From: a virus
Lineage: Duplodnaviria > Caudoviricetes
DNA length: 50,708 bases
Strand: one strand, 5' to 3'
Virus record (IMG/VR): IMGVR_UViG_3300036766_000591
Coordinates: 1-50,708 of that record
Part shown: positions 8,888 to 16,480 of the stretch, one piece after another
Numbering within the stretch: the stretch's first letter is position 1
Layout: the number at the start of each line of letters is the position of its first letter
Notes under the pieces: model-generated
Told to the model about the DNA's origin: nothing
Databases searched by the model: none
What the model saw: only the letters and a program-made list of their open reading frames with translations
Translations under genes and position numbers: made by a program

Positions 8888-9349
8888 TCACGTGGGCACG
8901 TAACAGCCGGCGGCCTTGCGCTCGGCCTGCACGCGGTTCTCCCAGCCGTCGAAGTTCCGGCGCAGCTTCACGCTCTCCTCGCCCAGGTCCACGTAGAACC
9001 GTTCCCGCAGGTTCAGGTACTCGCAGGGATCGTTGTTGCAGGTGCCCAGGACGCCGAGGGCGACATGGGGCGAGGTGTTCACGTAGAAGTCGAAGTGGAC
9101 CGCGTCGAGCGGTTCGGTGAGCGCGGCGCAGCCCGCCGGGACCCAGTAGAAGTCGTGATAGAACCGCTCCACTTCCTGCTCGGTGATCATCCGCACCGTC
9201 TGGTGCGGGAGCTTCCACGCCTCGCGGGCGTGATCGTACGCCTTCTGTGTGACGCCCTTCATCGTGGGGTTGGGGTCGCGCGCGTCCCGGCCATCGTACC
9301 AGCCGCCCTCGTGCGCCAGCGTGCGCTTCAAGGCCGCGGCGAAGCTCAT
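8888..9349 (-). CDS. Endolysin, glycoside hydrolase family 108-like
   Basis: TLAHEGG...DP..TMKGVTQ, FY..FYW, FDFYVN, F.GW.NRV. Confidence 0.88.
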   Translation of the reverse strand: MSFAAALKRTLAHEGGWYDGRDARDPNPTMKGVTQKAYDHAREAWKLPHQTVRMITEQEVERFYHDFYWVPAGCAALTEPLDAVHFDFYVNTSPHVALGVLGTCNNDPCEYLNLRERFYVDLGEESVKLRRNFDGWENRVQAERKAAGCYVPT

Positions 9350-9714
9350 GGCGCCGCCGCCTTCTTCCACGACAGCGCAAGCGCCTGGGCGATCTTGAGC
9401 CCCGCCACGGTGCGATCGGGCGCCGCGATGTAGGCGGCCACCACCGCGATCAGCAGCCCCAGCCCGACCCGCACGCAGTCCACCACGCGCAGCGTATCGG
9501 CCTTGAGCATCAGGGCCAGGGCGCCGTCGAAGACGCGATAGGCGATGATGAGCACGCCGCCCCCGACGCCCAGCCGGACCAGCTTCCCGAGCGCATGGCG
9601 CACCGGCGTCTCGACGGCGAGCGCGGCCTGCTGCTTGGTCTGGTAGGCGGTCGCAGCCTCCACGACCCGCGTCCCGATGGCCTGACGGATCCCGCTCGGC
9701 TTCGGTGCGGTCAC
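9346..9714 (-). CDS. Putative holin (2 TM)
   Basis: Two hydrophobic segments; directly upstream of the endolysin. Confidence 0.55.
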   Translation of the reverse strand: MTAPKPSGIRQAIGTRVVEAATAYQTKQQAALAVETPVRHALGKLVRLGVGGGVLIIAYRVFDGALALMLKADTLRVVDCVRVGLGLLIAVVAAYIAAPDRTVAGLKIAQALALSWKKAAAP

Positions 9715-9977
9715 TCGCCCCTCCGTTGTCGGCCCTTCATGTCGGCCAGCAGTTCGCCCACCTGCTCCCGCGCGTGGGACGTGGCGGCTTCGTGCTGCTC
9801 GATGTCCCGCCGCAGCAACGGAATCTCCGAGGTGTGCCGCTCGATGTTCTCCAGCAACACCTCGACGCGCGCCTCGTGGCCGTTCGGCTTCCCGCGGCCG
9901 TTGGTGACGTGCTTCGCCAGCCAGCCCAGGACCACGCCGACGGGGGCCACGATGGCCGTCACCTCCACCCCGGTCAT
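9711..9977 (-). CDS. Single-TM plus coiled-coil protein (holin/antiholin-like)
   Basis: VTAIVAPVGVVLGWL followed by a coiled coil. Confidence 0.5.
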   Translation of the reverse strand: MTGVEVTAIVAPVGVVLGWLAKHVTNGRGKPNGHEARVEVLLENIERHTSEIPLLRRDIEQHEAATSHAREQVGELLADMKGRQRRGE

Positions 9978-10249
9978 GCGAGCCCCCAGAGGAGCAGCGC
10001 GCCGAGCCCGATGCCCACCTCGCGCTCGGCCACGTCCATAAGCGACCACCCGTTGGCGTCCAGCGTCAATTCATACACGAGACTCAAGGCGGTCGCGAGC
10101 ACGAGCACCGAAAGCGGATGCACGCCGAAGGCGGCGAGCCACAGCAGCCCGCAGGCCAGCGCCGTCGTGAGCAGGCCGCTCAGCATCTCGGTCACGAGCG
10201 AGGGAAGCCCCCACGTCCAGCGCGTTAGGCGCAGCCAGAGGCCATTCAT
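9974..10249 (-). CDS. Multi-pass membrane protein (91 aa)
   Basis: About three hydrophobic segments; ATGA-coupled. Confidence 0.6.
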   Translation of the reverse strand: MNGLWLRLTRWTWGLPSLVTEMLSGLLTTALACGLLWLAAFGVHPLSVLVLATALSLVYELTLDANGWSLMDVAEREVGIGLGALLLWGLA

Positions 10250-11553
10250 ATTTCCTCGACCAGCGCGAACGGCACGCCATACCGCGCGACGGGCATCGCT
10301 TCGAGCGGCGAGAGCTCGCGCATTACCGCCAGGAAACTGCGGCGGTGCAGGTGCGTCGTGTCCTCGGGATCGTGGACGTAAAACAACTGCTTGCCGATGC
10401 CGAGCCGCGCCTGCATGTCGAACGGGCCTTCGAGGGCCTCCGTCTCGGGGAGATTGTTCAGCGCGAACGTCACCGTGCGCCGCTTGCTCTTGAGCTGGTA
10501 GACGGCCGCGCCGCCATCGGTCGGCGTGCGGATCGAGTCGTCTTCCCATCCGTGCTTGAGGCCATAGGCGGCGTTTATGGTGGGCTGGAAGCCGCCCGCG
10601 ATGATGAGCCGACCCACCTGCACGTAGCCTGCGCTGTTGCCCGTGTCGGCGACGTTGGTGCGCCAGTAGCGTGCGGACTGCGCGGCCGTGGTGACGTGGA
10701 GCGCGGAGAGGCTGTAGCCCTCGGCCTCTTCGGCGTCGATGCCCGAGGGCCAGCCTGCGACGTAGCCGGTGTCGTAGACGAGTTGCGCCGTGGCGGCGTT
10801 CCACGCTTGGATGTCGCCGATGTAGAACGCGGCGGTATCAGCGGCGCCCCCGTTGGCGGGAAACACAATCACGCGATTAGTATTCGCTGCGATGACGCCG
10901 GCGGCGAGTGCGGTAATACGAAATCCAGTCCCTTCGGCCACCGTCGAGATAACCGAGCCAAGTGTAGCCGTGACGACAGGCGTGGCGGCACTGAAATCAA
11001 TCGTGACGATTATTCGGTCGGTGCCTGTCGTTTGGTCATTAACTTTGACCACGTGCGCGGCGTAAACCGACGAGCGTTTCACAAGGAACGAGAATACCTT
11101 ATCCGCATTGGCCGTGAATATCAGGCTACGGTAGGTATATTCTGTGACCGCTCCGTCATCGTCCCCGATCAAATCCAAAGGGATGCCGTTGGAGGTGGTC
11201 GCCGCCGCGCTCCGTGTTGGCGTGCCGACATTCGTCCAGTCGGCATCGCCTACCGTCGCCCAGTCAATGATCGGCACGCTCGCCCAGCCGCGATGCCGCA
11301 CCGTGGCCGCCGTCGAGAAGTTGTGGCCCGACAGCGCGAGCAGCCTGACGCTGCGCGCGACGCCGAGGTCGGTGTCGAACTGGGTATCGGCCACGGCGGC
11401 GCTGGAGGAGCGCGCCACTTTCTGGATGTATCTGTCCTGCATGTTGCTCAGGGGCAGCGTCGCGCTCCACGGCGTACCGATCGTGGAGATGACAGGCGAA
11501 TAGGTCACGCCGACGTCACTCCACAGAGGCCATCCTAACAAAACGCTACTCAT
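10246..11553 (-). CDS. Tail protein (distal-tail-like) with an internal beta-rich insertion
   Basis: Phage-tail-like N- and C-termini (ARYWR, GY.QVGRL, RRTVTF.L, final EEI); the middle part has lower GC. Confidence 0.7.
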   Translation of the reverse strand: MSSVLLGWPLWSDVGVTYSPVISTIGTPWSATLPLSNMQDRYIQKVARSSSAAVADTQFDTDLGVARSVRLLALSGHNFSTAATVRHRGWASVPIIDWATVGDADWTNVGTPTRSAAATTSNGIPLDLIGDDDGAVTEYTYRSLIFTANADKVFSFLVKRSSVYAAHVVKVNDQTTGTDRIIVTIDFSAATPVVTATLGSVISTVAEGTGFRITALAAGVIAANTNRVIVFPANGGAADTAAFYIGDIQAWNAATAQLVYDTGYVAGWPSGIDAEEAEGYSLSALHVTTAAQSARYWRTNVADTGNSAGYVQVGRLIIAGGFQPTINAAYGLKHGWEDDSIRTPTDGGAAVYQLKSKRRTVTFALNNLPETEALEGPFDMQARLGIGKQLFYVHDPEDTTHLHRRSFLAVMRELSPLEAMPVARYGVPFALVEEI

Positions 11554-12257
11554 GATCTGCTCTGGCCAACCGTTATGAAGTCAACCTGGAGAGTCCCCAC
11601 GCTCGCCGCCGCACTTTCTTTCCCGATGCGGATGACCGGCTGCAAGGCCAAGGCCGCCACTTGGTCCATGCGGAATGTGGTCGCGCTCGCGACCCGTGCG
11701 CCGTCGATGTAGAAGCGGATCGCGGCCGTGTCGTCTATCTCGATTCTCACAACCGTCCATTGATTGGCGACAAGCGTGACGCCGCTTGCGATGAGGCTTT
11801 GCTCATGCACCGTGTCGTCGCTCTCTAGGGTGATAGCCCCAGACCCATCCAACCTCGCCCAGATGCTTTCCGCCACCGTGTTGACGGCCGCGTTGTGGTC
11901 GCCACAGAGGCCGACGACCGCCACGACGGAGCCGGTCGGCAGCACCGTGAAGCGTACCCGCGCCTCGAAGAACAGCTTTTGGTTGAGCGTGAGTGTACGT
12001 TGATTGCCCCAGTCCACGCCCGCGAGCTGTATCTCGTTCGTCGCGTCGAGCGCCAGGGCATATACGCCGCTCGGCGCGTCCCCGATCATGGCCTCGCCGG
12101 CGCCGTTGGTGTCGCGCACGGTCCAGTGATCAGACTCAATGGGATCACCCAAGAAGTCGTCCTTGAACCACACCGGGCACAGCGCGCGGATCGTCTCGTC
12201 GGTGCTGCTGTCGAAATAATGAAGCCACCCGCCGAAATATCTTGTCTTGAGGCTCAT
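11550..12257 (-). CDS. Virion protein with a ConA/lectin-like beta-sandwich
   Basis: FKDDFLG, FFEARVRF, W..VRIEID...FYIDG, LQVDFI; likely start is the ATG at 12257. Confidence 0.65.
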   Translation of the reverse strand: MSLKTRYFGGWLHYFDSSTDETIRALCPVWFKDDFLGDPIESDHWTVRDTNGAGEAMIGDAPSGVYALALDATNEIQLAGVDWGNQRTLTLNQKLFFEARVRFTVLPTGSVVAVVGLCGDHNAAVNTVAESIWARLDGSGAITLESDDTVHEQSLIASGVTLVANQWTVVRIEIDDTAAIRFYIDGARVASATTFRMDQVAALALQPVIRIGKESAAASVGTLQVDFITVGQSRS

Positions 12258-12266
12258 ACCGACCCC

Positions 12267-12295
12267 TTGCTGGTAGCACGCGAGCGCGCTAGATT
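12267..12295 (+). promoter_or_regulatory. Promoter of antisense HNH cassette 1 (leaderless)
   Basis: TTGCTG-N17-TAGATT; the ATG is 7 nt after the -10 box. Confidence 0.6.
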
Positions 12296-12302
12296 TCCAC
12301 CC

Positions 12303-12443
12303 ATGAAAGCCATGTATTGCAAGCGGGGCCACCGCCTCACGAAAGCCAACCGCGCGCCGGACGGGCGCTGCCGCATCTGCCGCCGGAAGTTCGGCACGAT
12401 CCGCATGCGCGCGTACCGCAAACGGAAGCGGGCCGAGCCGTGA
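12303..12443 (+). CDS. 46-aa zinc-finger peptide (CxxGH...CxxC)
   Basis: MKAMYCKRGHRLTKANRAPDGRCRICRRK...; paralog at 15511-15645; GTGA overlap with the HNH gene. Confidence 0.75.
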   Translation: MKAMYCKRGHRLTKANRAPDGRCRICRRKFGTIRMRAYRKRKRAEP

Positions 12444-13021
12444 CGGGCGTGTTCGTGGCGTGGAATCCGAAGAAGCCTAACGGGCCCGGCTGGATCGAGG
12501 ACGGGAGCGGCTGCCACGTCTGGATTGGGGCCAGAGACAGAAAGGGCTACGGCCAAGTTCGCCAAGGACGCGGCAAGGGGAGGCTTCGATATGTGCATCG
12601 CGTCCGTTACGAACGCGAGATTGGGCCGATCCCCGACGGGCTTCCGCTCGATCATTTCGTCTGCAACAATGGCGCGGGAGGATGCTGTAATCCCCATCAT
12701 TGCCGGCCGGTCACGCGCCGCGAGAACGCACTCCGGAGCGAAAGCCGCGCCGCGACGAACGCCGCCAAGACGCATTGTCCGAGAGGCCACGCCCTTGTTG
12801 GCGACAACCTCATTGCGTCCAAACTGAGGCGGGGCCGTGAGTGCCGGACATGCAACACGAAAAGATGTGCCGAGCGTTACGCCGCCAACCGAGACACCGT
12901 GCTCGCACGGCGCAGGGCCTTGATGACACCCGCCAAACGGGAGGCCAAGAGGGCCAGCGACCGCGCCGCCTACCGCGCGAAACGTCCCGAGGTCAAGCGG
13001 CAAACGAGGTACAGTGAGTGA
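12440..13021 (+). CDS. HNH endonuclease with a C-terminal KTHCPxGH...CxxC zinc finger
   Basis: SGCHVWIGA..KGYG, HRVRYE..IGPIP.GL.LDH.VC...CCNPHH..PVT..EN. Confidence 0.9.
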   Translation: MTGVFVAWNPKKPNGPGWIEDGSGCHVWIGARDRKGYGQVRQGRGKGRLRYVHRVRYEREIGPIPDGLPLDHFVCNNGAGGCCNPHHCRPVTRRENALRSESRAATNAAKTHCPRGHALVGDNLIASKLRRGRECRTCNTKRCAERYAANRDTVLARRRALMTPAKREAKRASDRAAYRAKRPEVKRQTRYSE

Positions 13022-13026
13022 CACTC

Positions 13027-15465
13027 TCATCGCCATAACGTTAGGCTCAGTTGGCGTTTCGATGCATCTGGCTCCAGCCCAATTATGCGGAACGACGGCC
13101 CGCCCGCGAGCGCGTACCGGCTGTGCGTGAGGCTCACCACATCGCCGAGGTCCAGCGTCTCCGTCGTCGCGTGGTCCGAGTCCGAAGGCACGACGATGTT
13201 ATAGCGGTCGCGCTGCACGCCCCGGAGCGCCTGGCGTCGCGTCGCCTCCGTCAAGGCATTGGCCGCGAGGTAGATCAGCGAGTCCTCGACGGTCTGGGGG
13301 GCTAAGGGGTGAGCCAGTTGCACCGTCGTGTCCTCGGCCTTGGCCTCGCGCCACTCGGCGGCGAGGAACGCGCGCCGCGCGTCCGTCACGCCTCCGGCCA
13401 CGCCAGCGACTTGGACCGACCAATTTTTCGCATAACGGATCGTGGAGCGCCAGACCGGAAGGCCCTTCGTTTCATCGTTGACCGGCACGCGCTCAAGCGG
13501 CTTGAGGAGGTCATTGGCCGTGAAGTTGACGACGGGCGTCCCGCTCGGCGCGGTGAACTGCTTGATCCGCATGACGCCCGCGCGGTCGGCGCCCCACCAG
13601 GCGCCCACGGACTGCGCGATCCAATCGAGCACGTCGGCCACGGACCACTCGTCGGTCCCCGACCAGAAGCCCAAGACCGAGGCGTTCGCGGTATCGAGCG
13701 CGGCGATGTCCGCGCTGGAGAACTCTTGCAGCGGCGCGCCGAGCGGGTCGGAGAGCAGGCGCGCGAACATCTGGCCCGCCGTGCGGTCGGAGGCGGCGGC
13801 GCCCTCGGTCACGTCCGCGGTGATGAGCCCGGCGGGCGGGGAGCCGAGGCGGATGTAGCCGCCGGGGAGGTACGCCTTCCACAATCCAGCTAGAGGAGCC
13901 TTTGTATCATCGAGGAGGTCGGCGGCGTCCGCATAGGTCTGCGTCACTAGTCCAGTCGCATAGTAAATCTCTTGCACCTGCCCGATGACCGCAAAAGTAC
14001 TTGCCAGGGGAGTCCACGCGGACCCATCAGCAGATACCCCAATAACGCCGTCGTTATGTCCCGAGAGAAATATCTCCGCTGCGAAGGTGACTGTGACCAC
14101 CGTTGCACTCAGGGCCGTGGTACGCTTTGCCCATGTGAGACCATCGGCTGACCCCCAGAGCCCATCATAAGTTGCCTGCACCCATTGTCCTGCCCCATAG
14201 GCGACCCGTCCCGCCAAGGCGGCGCTAGCGGTGCGGGCGGTCCACGATGCCCCGTCGGTCGAGGTTGAGGTCTTGCCGCTTTGCCCCACCGCTACGAAGA
14301 GAGCGCCATTCCAGTTTACGTCGGCAATGTAGGAAGCGCCGAATTGGCTCGTATGGACGGTGAAGGTGATGAAATCGGTTGTTGAATAGAGCTTGCCCGC
14401 ATCACCGACGAATACCCAAAGGCTGTTGCCGTAAGCCGCCCCAAAAATACCGCTTCCCCCAAAGGGGTTCGGGAGAACCCCGAGAGCGTCGGCTACCATG
14501 GCCCACGTAACCCCATCCGACGAGGTGGCGATCTTGCCGCCGTTTCCGACTGCGACAAAGATACTGTTTCCGTAGGTCACGGCTTGGACATCGGCGGCGC
14601 CCCAATTCGTCAGCGTGCGCAAAGTCCAGAGAGTGCCGTCGGGAGACGAGTAGCATACTCCTCCCTGCGCTATCGCGACGATTGTTCCACCGCCGCAGGC
14701 AAAGCGCAGGTAGTTGCTGCTGATACTATTCAGGGGCGTTATCTGCTCCCACGTCTGTCCATCGGGCGAAGTGGCAGACCTCTGGATCAATCCGCCACCG
14801 TTTCCGTTCGCCAGCCAAGTAGACGAGCCCAGCGCGATTCCCTCATCGTAGGCCGCACCCACGCTCGCCACCGGCCCGTCGTTCACCTGATAGATGAGTT
14901 TGCTGGTGTTCGCGCAGGGCACGCTCACGTTGAGCACGGACCCGAACACGCGCGGTATCGGCTTCCCGGCCAGGTCGTCGGGCGTGCCGTCGAGTCCATC
15001 GGGGAGCGAGTTGGTGCCGCCGTACTTACGAGGCTGGAGCGGGACAGCGAGAGCCAGCATGTTGTCGCGGATTTTCAGGACCAGCGACGATTGCGAGGCC
15101 TCGATCTGTTCCGCTGTCCCCTCAAAGACGGTTTCGAATCCCGATGGATAAGCGGCCCCGACCATGCCACGCCTCACGATAACAGAACGCCCATCCCATC
15201 CATACCCGAGCCACGCATCCAAGGCGCCGTCTTCGTTGATTGCGACAAGGTCGCCGAACGACATCCGCGAGCGACCCGACGTAGTACTGCTGGAGAACAA
15301 GTCTCTTTTCAGTAATACGGGCTGGCGCAGTCGGCCATCATAATATGCGTTAGGCGGGACCTCAGTGGGCCGAGTCGCGAACCCGGTCGTCGAGAGACGG
15401 AGCGCGACGATTCCGACCGTGGCCGGGTCCCAGGGGCGCAGCTCCGCCACGTAGAGATCGGTCAC
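13027..15465 (-). CDS. Large tail protein (hub/tip) with an inserted beta-propeller of S.DG.TW repeats
   Basis: Lies after the tape measure; GKPIPRVFG; repeats SPDGQTW, SPDGTLW, SSDGVTW, STDGASW, SADGLTW, SADGSAW. Confidence 0.8.
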   Translation of the reverse strand: MTDLYVAELRPWDPATVGIVALRLSTTGFATRPTEVPPNAYYDGRLRQPVLLKRDLFSSSTTSGRSRMSFGDLVAINEDGALDAWLGYGWDGRSVIVRRGMVGAAYPSGFETVFEGTAEQIEASQSSLVLKIRDNMLALAVPLQPRKYGGTNSLPDGLDGTPDDLAGKPIPRVFGSVLNVSVPCANTSKLIYQVNDGPVASVGAAYDEGIALGSSTWLANGNGGGLIQRSATSPDGQTWEQITPLNSISSNYLRFACGGGTIVAIAQGGVCYSSPDGTLWTLRTLTNWGAADVQAVTYGNSIFVAVGNGGKIATSSDGVTWAMVADALGVLPNPFGGSGIFGAAYGNSLWVFVGDAGKLYSTTDFITFTVHTSQFGASYIADVNWNGALFVAVGQSGKTSTSTDGASWTARTASAALAGRVAYGAGQWVQATYDGLWGSADGLTWAKRTTALSATVVTVTFAAEIFLSGHNDGVIGVSADGSAWTPLASTFAVIGQVQEIYYATGLVTQTYADAADLLDDTKAPLAGLWKAYLPGGYIRLGSPPAGLITADVTEGAAASDRTAGQMFARLLSDPLGAPLQEFSSADIAALDTANASVLGFWSGTDEWSVADVLDWIAQSVGAWWGADRAGVMRIKQFTAPSGTPVVNFTANDLLKPLERVPVNDETKGLPVWRSTIRYAKNWSVQVAGVAGGVTDARRAFLAAEWREAKAEDTTVQLAHPLAPQTVEDSLIYLAANALTEATRRQALRGVQRDRYNIVVPSDSDHATTETLDLGDVVSLTHSRYALAGGPSFRIIGLEPDASKRQLSLTLWR

Positions 15466-15474
15466 GCCGCGCTC

Positions 15475-15503
15475 TTGACACTAGGCCGGTAGTGGCTTAC
15501 ACT
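15475..15503 (+). promoter_or_regulatory. Promoter of antisense HNH cassette 2 (leaderless)
   Basis: TTGACA-N17-TACACT; the ATG is 7 nt after the -10 box. Confidence 0.8.
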
Positions 15504-15510
15504 TCCCGCC

Positions 15511-15645
15511 ATGAGACGCACGCATTGCAACCGAGGCCACCGCCTGACATCCGCCAACCGCCTAGCAGACGGGCGCTGCGCGAAGTGTCGCCGCAAGTCA
15601 GCCGCGCGATACATGCGCGGGTATCGGAAGCGGGCCGCCAAATGA
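15511..15645 (+). CDS. 44-aa zinc-finger peptide (CxxGH...CxxC)
   Basis: MRRTHCNRGHRLTSANRLADGRCAKCRRK...; paralog of 12303-12443; ATGA overlap with the HNH gene. Confidence 0.75.
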   Translation: MRRTHCNRGHRLTSANRLADGRCAKCRRKSAARYMRGYRKRAAK

Positions 15646-16151
15646 CGGGCGTCTTCGTGGCATGGAGCCGTTATCGCAATTCCCCTGGCTGGATCGAGGA
15701 CGGGTCGGGGTGCCATATCTGGATCGGCGCGCGAAGCCAAGACGGCTACGCCCACGGATGGGATGCCGAGAACCACTGCAACGGCGCTATCCATCGCATT
15801 CGCTATCGGCGCGAGGTCGGCCCGATTCCCGTCGGCATGGAACTCGACCACTATGTTTGCAGCAATGGTGCCGGGGGCTGCTGCAACCCGCACCACTGCC
15901 GGCCGGTGACGCCTCGCGAGAACTCGCTCCGTAGTGGGGCGCAATCTTCGCTCAACGCCGCGAAGACGCATTGCCCGCAGGGCCATCCGCTGTCCGGGGA
16001 GAATCTCATCAAGTACTATGTCGAGAGACGCGGAATGCGATGCTGCCGAACCTGCGGCCAGCAAGAACGGCGGCGCTACAAGGCGGCACACCGCGAAGAG
16101 CGCCGCGTCAAGGCTCGGGCATACCGCCTCGCCCGCCGAAAGGCCGCCTAA
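15642..16151 (+). CDS. HNH endonuclease, paralog of 12440-13021
   Basis: MTGVFVAW...PGWIEDGSGCHIWIGAR, LDHYVC.NGAGGCCNPHHCRPVT, KTHCPQGH. Confidence 0.9.
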   Translation: MTGVFVAWSRYRNSPGWIEDGSGCHIWIGARSQDGYAHGWDAENHCNGAIHRIRYRREVGPIPVGMELDHYVCSNGAGGCCNPHHCRPVTPRENSLRSGAQSSLNAAKTHCPQGHPLSGENLIKYYVERRGMRCCRTCGQQERRRYKAAHREERRVKARAYRLARRKAA

Positions 16152-16154
16152 CCT

Positions 16155-16478
16155 ATGCGCTACCTGCTGCTTGTCCTGCTCTTGGCGGGCTGCTATGCGG
16201 ACCCGACCGCGCCGCCCGCCGTCCAGCCTAACGCGGCGCCCGCGATTCTGTTTACGAATGGCTGCGGCTTCACGGCAGGGTTCAGCCTGTTCGTGGATGA
16301 CGCCGCGCCGGAAATGTTCTTGATCGCGGACAGTGGCGCCGTCGAGAAGCGCGTCCTCGCCGGACGACACGCGGTCCAGTACATCGCCTTCGACGGGAAC
16401 GCCAAGCCGCTGGCGGTTCGTCGCGACTCCCTGACCGTTCTCGGCCCGACGCCCTACATCATGCGCTGCGCGCCGTAG
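16155..16478 (+). CDS. Predicted lipoprotein (moron)
   Basis: Signal peptide II with a lipobox: MRYLLLVLLLAG-C. Confidence 0.8.
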   Translation: MRYLLLVLLLAGCYADPTAPPAVQPNAAPAILFTNGCGFTAGFSLFVDDAAPEMFLIADSGAVEKRVLAGRHAVQYIAFDGNAKPLAVRRDSLTVLGPTPYIMRCAP

Positions 16479-16480
16479 GC

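Noticed and set aside
10246-16480. Diversity-generating retroelement or invertible tail shufflon
   Set aside because: No reverse transcriptase or invertase, and no adenine-specific template/variable repeat pair; the repeated parts are HNH paralogs.
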